Of a DNA stretch of 64,000 nt, positions 1-12,856 are shown piece after piece. Position 1 is the stretch's first letter. Each line of letters starts with the position of its first letter. The notes beneath the pieces were generated by a model, which was given only the letters and a program-made list of their open reading frames with translations, was not told where the DNA came from and did not search any database. This DNA comes from Harriotta raleighana (lineage: Eukaryota). Location of the stretch: NCBI GenBank assembly GCA_050575255.1, contig JBNZDD010013714.1:5053600-5117599 (forward strand). The letters are read 5' to 3'. The position numbers were made by a program, and so were the translations under genes.

Positions 1-141
1 CAATTCACAACTGTTGTGTGCAATTGGCTGCCATATTTTGCCCACATGGTCAATTCACTTTACAGTATATTCTATATACAATGCTTTGAGATGTCTAGAA
101 GACATGAAAAGTTCTACAGCAAGTGCAAGAATTATTATTAT
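1..141 (+). mobile_element. 3' part of young tRNA/Deu/L2-tail SINE (truncated at window edge)
   Basis: GTGTGCAATTGGCTGCC...GCTTTGAGATGTCTAGAAGACATGAAAAG...TGCAAGAATTATTAT matches the 3' half of copies at 16156, 19983, 28261 and 58895. Confidence 0.85.
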
Positions 142-229
142 ACTATACTCAACTACTGAGAATATAATAGAAACCATTTTTTAAAAAATAACACACTGTT
201 GTATTGTGGGTGAAGCTATTTAAGCACAG

Positions 230-328
230 CATTTATTGCCCATCTCAAGAAGGTAATGATGGACCTTTTCTTTAAACAACACTGTGTTCCCATCCTGACA
301 TCAGGTAGTGAGTTTCAGGAATTGACCG
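230..328 (-). mobile_element. Decayed fragment of a chondrichthyan LINE 3' region
   Basis: ATTTATTGCCCATC...AGAAGGTAATGATG...GAGTTTCAGGAATTGACC resembles a common shark LINE end (recalled, not searched). Confidence 0.35.
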
Positions 329-3300
329 AATTTAAGGTGCATTTCTTTCATTTCAACACTACTTGAATTATTTTTTTTGAAAACGTTAACTTTACAATAC
401 AATTAATATTCATATAGAGCCTTTCAAGTCAAGAGAATTTGTTACTTCCGACTGCTGACCAAGCGCTCGAGACAGAGTGGGGGAGGGGGCATCGGGAATG
501 GGAGCTGAGGGGGATTTTATAAAACGGATGTTGTTCTTCTTTTCACAGAATGAGTTGGCTTTGAACTTATTGTGGTCCTGAATATATTTGCAGTAAACAC
601 GGGTAACATACTAACAAATATTCTTGAGCAACAGTGATATCTCTTGGGAAGCAGCCATTCCAAAAGGTCCATGTTAAAGAATTCCATCAAGAGAAGACAA
701 GTATGAGCTCCTGAGAAAGGGAGTAGTTCAGATGAATAGTTTGAGAGCACTGATGTGTGGGGCTTTAAATGCAGTAGCTGGCCTATGTGTTGGTTAATAC
801 ATGACTAATCCCCATGTTACAAGTATCAAATTAAAACAAAATTGAGTAACAAAGAACTCACCAAACTGTAGTTATTCGTATGGTTTTGATGTGAACACTC
901 CATTTTAATTTTCACATCAGTCAATGATCATTAGGGAACTGTCTTTTTTTTAAAAATGCCATTTTTTCAAAATCTTTCTTTCCTTTTCAACCGACCCCTC
1001 AGGGTAAGTTTCATCACAAGATAATTTGTAAAGGGTTTATTTAATCCTGTCTTTTGATTAACAACCACATCAGCAAACAACTCAAATCAAACTGGCTCCT
1101 ATGAAGTCTGGATAATAGTAAAATAAAACATTTAGTTCTCCAAAACATACTTTCATCCAAATTTTTTTGGGGGATAATTCCAAACGTTGGAATTAAATTG
1201 CTCCTCTTAGCTTTGAAATGAATTCTAAAAATGAATCTCATGTGAATGATATTGCATCGTATCTCTCTATTGAAAGTAATTTGAAAAACATCAAGTGACT
1301 TTCATTTATAATCATCTGATGTGCAGTGTGGGGCTACAAAGCACAAGTCCAAATGGAGGAAGACTAGAGCTGGTCATGGAAGCCAGGTTAACAAATATGT
1401 TAACAATGCTTCCAGTTTACAACTGAATTCAAGAACTTTGTCACAATCTTTCATTTTAAGATCAATTATGGCCAGCACTGTGACAAGTTTCAGGCCTCTT
1501 ATTTTATAGTCCTATCATTACACTATATTAAGGAAACTGACAAATATTTCCAAGTGTTCGGGGTATAAGTCCTGCTGGTAGAATGATTTTCTTGTAAATA
1601 TAATTTAGGGACTCCTTCAATGGATTGGTGATCAAACCAGAGCCTGATGTGAAACTGAATTATAAAGATATCCCCCCCCCAAAATAGGATTTAATTATTA
1701 GTAGCTGTAGAATCATATTTCAAATTGAATCCAGGCCTATTGTAAAGAGGCAAAAATCAGTATTGATTTTAAGATCATTTTATAATTGTTGGCTAATTTT
1801 CCCTCAAAAAATATTTTGGGTAGTAAAATTCAATTCTATTGTGTGTAGTAAACTAATGTTAGCAGTCAAGATGGAGAGGTTGTGCCCTGTATGTTTAAGG
1901 CTTCTGTTAATCCCATACCCAAGTATTCAACCTTCATGTAGTCCCTGCATGGCGACTATCATTGACTAAATTTAGCAGCCTGTGAAAGATACTTCCATCA
2001 AGACTAGATATTGTGCATGTAGAGTTTACAGTGACCTCCTTTGTTTAACTTGCAAATCATCCATTTCATAAATATTGCATTTTCTGAAGTAAATATATTT
2101 GCATGTTATAAAACTCAGGGAGAGCAAGTAACAGCTTGATTTTGATGACCCCTTTTCTTTGCTCTGCATGATCAAAGGATTCATGACAAATGTAGTCGAA
2201 CATGTTGGCAATCTTTTGGCACTGTTAATTCTCTGAAGTTCCTAAACAGCTTTTATTTGAACTGAATATCGATTGTCAACTTTAAAACTACAAAAGGCAA
2301 AACATCTGTTGCTAAACTTCTGGATGGCATTGTTTTGAAAAGAGTAAAAGCGCTCAAGTTTAAAACTTGGTCAAAAAAAATATGTGAACAGCAAGTCTCT
2401 GTGAATTAGAAAAGAGAATCACTGTTCAAAATTTGATTAGTGGGGAATTTGTATGAACTCAATCAGATTTAGTTTGGAATAATAAACTTACTGAAGCAGA
2501 AGCGATGTTCTCAATAACGTCTGCAGAAAGAAATCGGGAAAATTGGTCTCAGAACACGTGTTTATTCATGAACGTTAAACCTGGAGGAGTGACTGGCGAG
2601 ATCTGGAAATGTTACCAGAGCCAGGAATGGACCCGTGTTGCTGTTGATAATTATGCACCATATTTTAATGGTAGCTGTTAACTCTGATTATCAGCAGTTT
2701 AACAGACTCAGGGAATTGAAATATCAAGGTGTTGTCATTACAATTCACACACTTTATAAGTACAGTACACCCAGTGACGTGCTTTAAGATGGCCCCCTAA
2801 CATGAAAGACACTATAATCCAATATTTTTTGGATCATTATTAAAATAACTACAAAACAGTAAAATAATATTATTGGCCATTATCACCCATTTTCCTAACA
2901 TTTCCCCTTACTCTTTATTCTCGTTTTTGTAAAATTTCACTTTAAACATATACAGGATAGTTTAAACGCTCCAGTAAATCCAAATCATGTTTTTCCAAAG
3001 ATCTATTTTTTTCTTCTTGTTGAAATATGTCAGACATTAAAAGGCAGTGATATTATTCAAATTACTTTGATATCCTTTAAATTGATGCTAAACGGTGAGC
3101 TTTAGTAACTTATGAAAAATATTACCATACTTCAAAGCACAGATTAATCACTAATACTGGTCATGGATGTTTGTGAATATCAGATATTGTCTCAATTCAT
3201 AGAATCATACAGCCCAGAAGTTGCTGACTTTGGTTAACTATTTATCAAACTATTGCACGCCAGGAGAGAACTTTCACCATCAAGATCAGCCAGAGATAGC

Positions 3301-3699
3301 TCAGGAATTACTGGTTCGCTAATTGTACAATAGCACTGCTATCACATACTCGAGGGGATCTTGAACACATTTCCACAATTCATGCTCTCCCGAGCCAGGT
3401 AATCATCACAGAACCTTGAACTGCTTTGGTCCTTTTCAAAATGCCAGTGATGGATTTCACTGACATCATCTCAGCATCTCAGGTGACAGATGCCCTTGTC
3501 ATTTAAGCATGTCTTGATTGTTGATTTTCTAGCTTTGCCCAAACACAACAGGACGGTATGGCTTGTATCCAAGAACAATCGTTGCAAATGTGCTTAGTTT
3601 GATTGACTTTATATATTTGGCACTAAGATTTGTTGTGCCATGTGGAAAATTACTCTTCCAATCCCATCTGATGTCTAAGGATACAGATCCCTTTCCCTT

Positions 3700-3843
3700 T
3701 GCAGCTTGAGGTGGGCAGATGGTCCCCCCTCCGGAAACCAGTGCTGAATTGGCATAGTTTGCCTCCTTTCCCTTCATGCCCTTCTTCGAGGCATCCCACT
3801 TGGTTTGAGATCTATGCTGGACTTCTTTTCTATGGAATCTCTG
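3700..3843 (-). pseudogene. Possible decayed Myb/SANT-like (Harbinger-type) coding fragment
   Basis: Minus frame reads QTKWDASKKGMKGKEANYANSALVSGGG, matching the KW-x3-K-x3-K-x-K-x-A-x8-[ST]GGG spacing of Harbinger Myb/SANT proteins. Confidence 0.3.
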
Positions 3844-4889
3844 CTAACTTTTAGGAAGATCTGTTGTTAAATTGTTTTGCATTCCCCATGGAGCAACCTA
3901 AAGCAGATGTGGGCAGATGAGGGCTGGTCGTGTTGTATGGTAACCTCGTAAATTTACATTTCTTATTTTCCAGTTCTCTCCCCAATGTATTACTAATCCA
4001 TCACGTTAAGTAATTGTTTCATAGTTCTTGTGGTGTTGTTTTGTTCAGAACATGCCAACAAGGGTCCTGAGGTAAAGTTCCCATTGTGAACTAAATAAGC
4101 TACTCTGTAGGAAGATATTAAATAAATAGATGAGGATATTCAGCTCCTGCTGCATTTATGCCTTGTTTTTTTTTAAACAATGCTTAGAATTTAGCAAATT
4201 AAGTGAGCCACGCTGTCTAAACCACCTACAGGAACAATATTTTAATGCTAATTCTCTCCCCTATGGGAATTATTCCACACAATGTAAATATACAGCAGAT
4301 CTGCAGATTTTTTTTTACTCTCTCCAGTGACTCCTGCTGGAATTTTGCATTATTGGGAAATGAAGATGAAGGGTCAAGTCCCACAGTCAAGGTTAAGGAG
4401 TGGCAAAGATAAACAAGTCAAAAAGGGGGTAATTTCCACACTGTTGCTTGGATAATAAAAACCTGTAGATTGTGAGAAGAAAAGACGATTGAGAGAGGTA
4501 AGGAGTTTCATGGTCTGGCCATTCAGCTAAGCTGTGATGCCCCCCTGCTGTCAAATAGCCCACCAACATTCAGTGAGCGTCTAGACTTGCAAGTGAAGAG
4601 CAGCTAATAAACAAGATACTGCAAAGCTATTGGTATCAGAGCTTTCAGCAAAGAGAGGGAGGGGAACTAAAGACATACTTGGCATAATATCCTCTGGCCT
4701 TGCTGTTTAGTCTTCTCACAACTCTTTATATTAGTAGAAAATATGTTGTTTTGACATTAACAACTAGGTACAAATAGCCATCATGCCTCATATACTTAGA
4801 GCTCCTTTAATCTTTGCAGTCTGGAACGTTTCATTCATACAAAAGAAAATTTTCATGCATATGTGGAAGTCTAAAGCAAAGACTCACAA

Positions 4890-5760
4890 CCACCACAACA
4901 ATACAATTGCAAGAACTGTAACAGCCTAAATATCTGGCATTAGCACCTTCCGTATCGGGAGGACGTTCCAAGGCCCTTAACAGACAGTATTTCGGACCCG
5001 AGTGGGGAGGTGTCAGGATTGGGGAGAGGGGAGAAGGTTGATCAAAAGCACAGTCAAAGGAGGGCCTTGCGGTAAGTCTTGAAGGAGGGAAGGGCTGGGC
5101 GGAAGAATTGTGGGATGGAGTACCAGAGGGTGGGGCAGAGTTGCGCCTTGGGACATTCTCCCGACGTGAAAGGTACTCTATAAGTGTAATTTTGTTGTTG
5201 CTGCTGAAGATCCACCCGTCAACATGGCGCACGAGGCAGAGGACATGAAGTAGGACGGAGCCAGCTGAGTGGAGGGGGAGGACAAGGTGATAGGAAGTTA
5301 GGAGATTACAGTGGTGGGGGCGAAGCGAGGCCATGGAGAGCTTTGAAGATGAGGACTAGGTTCATGAGAATGCAATTTTCTGTGTAATGGGAAGTTAGTG
5401 GAGTCGAGCAAGATGGGGATGATAGGGTCACGGAGGGAGCCAAGTGCAGGAGAGGATCTAGGCTGCAGGATTCTGGATGATCTGCAGCTTCTTGAGGGAG
5501 GAGTTGAGGAAGCCAACAAGCAAGGAGTTTGCATACTCGGGCCTAGATGTTATGAATGCATATGAGAGTTTCGGTAGCCTGCTGTGCGAGACAGTGGCGG
5601 AGCGGGCAATGTTGTGGAGGTGAGGGAAGGCAGAACCGGTCATGGCACTAATGTGAGGTAGAAAGGATAGGCGAGACTCAAACAAGACACCAAAGTTCCA
5701 GACTATCTTAGCGAGATGAAGTGTGTATCCATAGATAGTGATGCCATCAGCACCTGAGGT
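4890..5760 (-). mobile_element. 5'-truncated L2-clade LINE (C-terminal ORF2 plus 3' UTR), frameshifted
   Basis: ORF 5458-5799 reads NFGVLFESRLSFLPHISAMTGSAFPHLHNIAR...AFITSRPEYANSLLVGFLNSSLKKLQIIQNPAA, typical post-RT L2 ORF2; L2 tail (CGGGAGGACGTTCCAAGG on +) near 4955-4973. Confidence 0.9.
5144..5203 (+). mobile_element. Short L2 3' tail inserted in opposite orientation inside the L2 above
   Basis: CGCCTTGGGACATTCTCCCGACGTGAAAGG...TAATTTTGTTGTTG interrupts the host L2 sequence. Confidence 0.8.
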
Positions 5761-8700
5761 GTACAAGCACAGCAATGGGTTTCCATAAGTGTCAGACACT
5801 CAGCTAACCAAACAGAGTAGTCTTCTACCTACACAATCAAAGAAAGCTCCAAAAGGACTCTGATATTGAAAACTTTGATGGTGTGTACATCTGGATTAGT
5901 TTCTACTGCTGAGATAAAGCAGTTTATCTTATAGACTAGCTATAACTCGTAACTGTTTATGTTCGCCACACAAGTTTCCAGTTCAAAGTGTTCAACTTTG
6001 GTTTCCCTGGAACAGATTCAGATTGTTTCCTCAAGCAGTCAAGTTTGAGCAGTCAATGATACACACTGAATCAGATCTCCTGTAAACATTAGCACTTACG
6101 ACAGTTTAATCTGAATTAGTCTAAAATAAACAGTTTCTGGAGAGGTTTAGATCAGAGTAATCCGAACCAGTTATTTTGCCACAGGTCATTATTAGCCTGT
6201 TTTTTTTAAAAAAAACTCAATTTACTGCCCGGCAGAGTTGAGATCAGTAATCACTTTGCGGTGTCTGGTAAAGACGGGCATTATTGGACAAAGCTGTTTT
6301 GTGTTAAAAAAATATCTCCAGTAAACTCCTCAGCTTTTCTTCCAAGTTTCACTGGGAAACTAACAAAGACCCAACACTGCTGAATGATAACTATAAGCCT
6401 GGACTAAGCTATTTAAGAAGCAATATATGGGTCTGAGTGGTTTTGTTATTCTAGAAAGGTAATAATACTCACATAACATTCTAAATACTGTTTATTTCTT
6501 CTGTTTAATACTTCCTGTTCACAGATTAGCTATTACAATGCTGAAAATACAAGCGCTTCATTATTAATAATGTGTAACCCTTAGACTGCCTGCAGGTCTA
6601 TAGGGATTCCTCTGTTTCTGCGAGCAGTCTGGGTTTGCACTCTGAAAATACTACAATTACAATAAGAAAAGCACCTCAAATGCCCTGGGCAGCTGTATTG
6701 GTGTTATATTAACCTCCATTTGCTGAAATCCACTTTAATTTTTTTTTTAAAAAACTTTAATCTATGCTCATCCTATCTTTCCTTTGACAGTTACTTTTTC
6801 TTTCCTAATTAATTTTCTTTATTTTATTATTTTCTGTCTAACATATCTTTTTTCTATCATTCTAAATATTCCAACCCTTGCTTGCATCTAACTCCGCCAA
6901 ATGCACTGCTCCAAGTTACTATAAAACTGCTATAAAAATCCATCAATAAAAATAAAATTATAAAGATGCTACAAAAATCCAAGTTGTTCTTTCAATTGAT
7001 TTGACTTTAAAAGCATTTATTAAAGAAAACTTTTTTTTTAAACTCCTGCTATCTCTTTTTAGTTAGTAAAGTTTGTTTTCAATAGCTGGCATGATTTTCG
7101 TGACCACAGCAGGAAGCAACAAAAGGAACAACGAAAGGAGAAAAACCTAACAACTCCCAAGACCTCTACAAGATTCAGACGTGAACCAATCTACAGTGCT
7201 CCAATGGTTAAAACCGTAGCTGCCAATCCTCTCCATTAACAGGCTTCGAAGCTCATAAGCAGCTTAGTATTTGTTGTCATCTTTGGATTTTCCCCATTAT
7301 AAGCTAACGCCACCAAAGTGTACAGACTGAAATACGTTATCCTGAATCACTAAGACCAACAAGCTTTGAATTCCCGACCCCTCTTCTTTTCCATTTATTT
7401 CTCTCTCCGTCTTCATGTGGAGACACCTGAAACTTAGCCACAAATGGCTTGAATAGATGCACCATTCAGACTGCATCTTTCCAGTGTATACTCACCACTC
7501 TCGGGATGTTCCTGGTATCTACCATCCACCTAGTGATTGCCAGGCCGACCAAAAAAAGTATACAAAAAAATTTGCCACTCAAGCTAACCGATGTCTGGAC
7601 GGGACAAAAACACCTCAGAGATGTTTGGTGGTGTAAATACTCCATTTGGTCATCGGAAGGAGTCATGTTGTACCAGAGTGAAAATGTAACCATGTACTAA
7701 TATTTCAGTATGAATTCTAGCTGAATTTGGACTGTTGAGTGAAAAGTGGACAGACAAACCAGTGATTAGTGGGCCAGAATCCACTCAAATGGTCAGAGCT
7801 AGGGCGAGATTAGCCCTCGGCCCCCTTTGCCTCATTTAAAAAACCACCACAAGCTGTTGCAAATTGTGTTTTGTCTGTTAATATTTAAGCACATTTGTAA
7901 GAACTGTTTTAAGTAAGAGTTGTTTTGACATACTGTGACTTTGAGGAGCTAAGGCTATCACAGAAGCCTTCAAAGGGATTCAATTACACAGCAGCTAATA
8001 TATTACCATTGTAAAATACAGCTTTGTATGTCATTATCAAATTTAACCTTTTTGAGGAACTTCTATTTATTCAATAATGCATGGATGTGGGCTGTTCCGT
8101 ATATACTCTGAATTCAAAAACTACTGTATATTGGAAAATCATTGAGTAGAATCAGATAACTAAAAAAGAACATTATGCAATATTCATGTATATCAACTTA
8201 CATTTACAGTCCTCAGAAACATAACATTATAATTTGCATTTCCCACCCCAAAGCCCCCAAGTCTAGAATTTCTCAGTTCACTTTTCACTCATGTACTGTA
8301 CTATTATTACTATATTAAAACTTTTCATCGTCTTGAAAATATTCACTTCAGTATTAGGTACACTGGGTTTCCAAAAGTTGCTTAGCAATGAAGGTGATTT
8401 CTCCTTGTCAGAATCAATCACTGCTTTCGGTTTTGATCAGATACAGCTGTCAGTTCCTCCAAGATAAACTGTTCCATAGAAATTCTCTTCCTATACTCAA
8501 TTTCTGTAAGCATCGGTGTCTTATTGCCAAATAAGATTGTTGATATTCAATAGCTCATTTGTATAAGCAACTACTTACATCAGCATTTGGAGGCATTTTA
8601 CTTTAAGACCAGTTAACTCTAAGGCCAACATTGAAACTGAAAACAATACTTTACTGTTTCTATTGCCATTCATGTCTACTTTTATTTCAGCATAATAGAA

Positions 8701-10211
8701 CACATTGCTGGAGGGTATTTTCTTAACACTGCCAAGTCTGAATCAAGGTCTATAGAAGATGTTTGTGTTGCACTAGCTGTGGTCCTGGTTAATAACTATG
8801 TGATGATATATATGTGAATTCCTACTCCTCGGGTCCTCTGTGGCACACAAGTTAGCCTCGTCCTTATCTTCCAAGACATCTGGACGAGTGTCTGGGTTTT
8901 TAATTTCAGAAAGGAGTCGCAAGGGACCAGGGTTATGTTATGTGCTTACGAACAAAGTGAAATACCTCTACAGAGAGACAGAATGGATTAAATCGGATAG
9001 ATGCTGGAAGAGCAAAGACATAACTGAATGTTCAATGAAGTAAAACAAGGTTTTGTCATGCTTCTGAAAGTACAAAAGATCAATAACATTTTCCCAAGTG
9101 GCATTGTTTGTTTGTTTCCACCTTAAAAATCAGAATAAGGGAAGTTATGCATTTTACAAGTGTATGTTTTGCAGCTGTAGTAACTGCCCAGTGAATAGGT
9201 AAGAGTTGGTAATTAAAATTAATGAATAACAGGGAATGTAAATGGATTCCTTGCTATCAATCACGGGATGTTATACTGCACTTTGAACAGTTTTAGAACT
9301 TTTACAACAGTGTATAAATCCTAGCTCAATAAGTATTGTTTGTAGAGCCATTAACAAGCAAACAGTTCCAAGAGGTATTGTTTTGAGTGAGAATTTTTAT
9401 TACTGCCTGGCACTTTTCACACAAAGAGAGCAGAGCAAAATAAGTACATGGAAAAGTGAATGAAGAAAAAAAGGGACAGTGCAAACTAAGGCAATAAAAG
9501 ATCAATGAAGGGAGCATACAGCACTGAACCATGTAAAACTTGTAAGCAGCTGGAAAATAGAATGAAAAATTGAAAACATTTCCCAAGGCCATTGCTTGTG
9601 TCCTCCATAGTTTACCAAATAAAGATTAATACTGCTCATAATGATTGCCCAATCATGTTCAGTATTGAGTGCATCATATAGATTTTTCGAGTGCAATATT
9701 TGTAAATGTTTAAGAAACACAATGAAATAAATATACCGTATTCATTTGTAACAGCTGTACAACAATCTCAAAATTGCACAACCACAAGGTCCTGCCAGTT
9801 AACACTACGCTTTTAAATGATCTTCCAGTGTTATAGTACTTCACAGACCCGTCACAGTCACATCATGAACAATCACTCTTCACTCTAAAGAACAGAGGGC
9901 CTGGCATTTGAAAAATAGGCACTGTAAGCAAAATGATAGCTGCACCACACCAGTCTCACTTTTGTAAATGCTTTTGTAACTGACACAAGCTTGCTGAGTT
10001 ACAGACGTGTGAGAATATCACAGATCTGTGTCATCCAAGTGATACCAGGAGGAAGTGGAAATTGAACAAAAATATATTCTAATACTTTTTGGATGTGGGT
10101 GGCTTGGCAATCACTAAGTACGACACAACTGTGTGAGCAGAACTTTCTGTACATACAGATGTGACTAAAAAGCAGGCAAATCGGCATCACACAGTATTGT
10201 TTACACAAAGT

Positions 10212-10603
10212 GGAGTCTGGCTCAGTTGGTAGCATTCTAACCTTTGAGTCACAAAGTTGTACATCCAAGCCCCATGTCAGAATTCACATTGTCTATGCTG
10301 ACAATCAATTCTAGTGCTGGAGGTTGCACTGCATTGTTGAAGGCTTAATTCTTTAGATCAGATATTAAACCAAGGTCCCATCTACCAGTCCACGTGGACA
10401 TTAAAAATCTCAAGACACCACTCAAAAAGAGGAGGGAGTTTCTCCTGGTATCCTTGGTCACGATTCCCCAAATGAAATTAATTATTGGCTGTGTGTTCAA
10501 ATTGGCTAATGCGTTTGCCTACAAATACACTCACTTTGTATTACAGCAAATACTGTGAAGCACTTCGAAACATCTGCCCAACGTGAAATGCAAGGATTAT
10601 TAT
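10212..10603 (+). mobile_element. Near full-length old DeuSINE (SacSINE1-like)
   Basis: tRNA-derived head TGGCTCAGTTGGTAGCA, Deu core GATCAGATATTAAACCAAGGTCCCATCT...GTGGACATTAAAAATC...GGGAGTTTCTCCTGG...CAAATTGGCT, tail AAATGCAAGGATTATTAT. Confidence 0.8.
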
Positions 10604-12720
10604 AATAAAATCTATTGGTTTCTGCCCGAAGGTGACAACTGGGCATGACCCATGGGTACCCTGGTTCTTCCAAAGTATACAATATAAATAAGGCTGGCAG
10701 CCCTCATGAGGTCATTCTCGTTACCAGTTAAACAAATGTAATTTAAATTGATTTGTCAAGACGTTACAGACACTACCTGCTTGGGTACATTTCTGGCACA
10801 TTAAACATGGAGGAACCCAGAAATAGGCCTCCAGAATAGCTAAAAGCAAAAAAGCCACATCATTAAATGTTTTTCTTTTGAATAAAAATCACGAATGAAA
10901 AAGGTCTTGCTGAAAAGAAAATTGCAAGGGAATGGAAGGTAAAAAGCATTTTAAAAACAGTATTATTCTCCATTGTGCTGGTTCAGTCTCTTGGCAAGAG
11001 ACATTGCTTATTATATCTCATCTTATTATATTAGGTTCTGGTATGTACTTTATCAGTTAATTAATCTATGAATACATTTATTTTATTCCAATTTACAGTA
11101 TGAACTAAACACCACACAGAATATCTGTACATGGGTTTATGTTTCCTGGTTTCGTAAAACTATAACCAACTCAAAGTTGGCTGTAAGAAACGTTCACTGC
11201 TCAAAGAAAACTCCATCGAAATTACCCTGTAGTTCTTCAAACCTTGGAAGAGTTAAACACAAGATGTACTTTTTCAAAAAAAAGGATAACCAAGATAAAC
11301 AGAATAATCCTGCACTATTTTACAGGTGGATATGAATTAAAGAAAAGGATTAGTTTTTTTTGTTACCTGAAGAGCAAACCTAAGTGCTGGCATGCTTGGT
11401 ACTTGTGAATGATCAAAGCAACATTTAGCACTTCAAAAATAGGTTAAGCTTCATGTTTACATAAAAGTGTCAGCACTTGCCTTACATCACACAGGTTCCA
11501 CAGGAACATAAGAGCCTAAGATTAATTGCCTCCAAATTTCAGATTGCTGAGATACAATATCTAAATAACTCTTCAGAATGCTTCAGAGGCTAAAAGAATT
11601 TGCACAAGGCAGTGCCAATAGCAGGAAGATTTGTTTTAATGTAAAGCTCTTTATATTTGAATAATATTGTTAAGTATGTCTGCCATGAATAATCGCACCC
11701 ACTGCATCCCCACCACCCCAAAAGTGGATATGAGAATTTGAAGATATTTTCTAAGCAAGTATCCAAGTTAGCAAGTATTTTTAACATTGAAACAGATAGT
11801 GATATCAGATAGACCTTTAACTACAAAGACTGGGATTTAGTCCCACATTAACTTTCATTCTTAATTTGATTTCAGTATTAAGATACAGCACCAATTCACT
11901 CTGTGCCTGAAGAAAAGGCTATAAGCAGAAGATGTGAGGTTTTCACATATTTTATGTAGACTAGTGGTTCGTTTATGCTCCTACAATTCCTCAACCAACT
12001 AAAGTAAAGATTCTTTCATTCTGATTTCCTGTAGTCCATTTTTAAATATCAAGTAACAATTATGCAGTTTATTCACCACAAAACTATGTGTATTTTTCCC
12101 CACACCAACAAAACTTATGACACTAACTCCCAGTTCATACCTTATATTCTGGAGTTTAGTTGTGCCTTTGAACTTTATCCTGAATCCAACACTAGGCCTG
12201 TCCTTTACCCTTGGCTCATTATCAGCCCTGACTTGCTGTTGCTCTGGGTGTTGACTTGCTCCCATTGCAGCTATTATCATGTGGGATGCCTGGAATGTGG
12301 TAGCGAATCAAAGCTTTCCTGAAACAGAATATGCCCATCTCTTGCTCCTGTGAGTTCACAAAACACATGCCTCTTTCAAACCTTTCTTTCTGTTCTGCAC
12401 AGAGCACAAAAAGGATTAAAAAGAGAAAAGGCAATGTCTCTAAATAGTAATTGCTAATGTCCTGCTGCTGTGCTAAATGTTCTGGCTTATTAACCAGCTG
12501 CACAGCTAATTGACTGGAATGTTCCAGAGAGAGATTTTCTGTGATGAACTGTGGAGCCAATGTGCTGTTGGTTTGCAGAGATAGAGGCCACATGTGCCAT
12601 GCTCTCCAGAGTTGCTTTTGCAATGTTATTTGTTAATTCCCACTATTCAGTTAAAATTAAGAAAAGCCTCAACTAAACTGGTTTCCTCATGCTACAGGAT
12701 TATTTAATGCGTCGGTTATA

Positions 12721-12856
12721 GGTGTCAACGTGGCTCAACTCAAACCAGTCTTGTCTCTAGGCGAAAAGATGCATTCAAGTCCCATGCCAGGACTTTGAGC
12801 TTACAATTTTACTTAACACTAAGAATGGTACCTGGGGAGTGTTCTATCATCGGAGG
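12721..12856 (+). mobile_element. 5' fragment of old SacSINE1-like DeuSINE
   Basis: GTGGCTCA...TTCAAGTCCCATGCCAGGACTTTGAGC...GGGAGTG...TCGGAGG parallels the head of the 10212 copy. Confidence 0.55.

Noticed and set aside
4831-5334. Longest ORF (167 aa) as a novel protein
   Set aside because: Lies almost entirely within the L2 3' region and crosses a nested insertion
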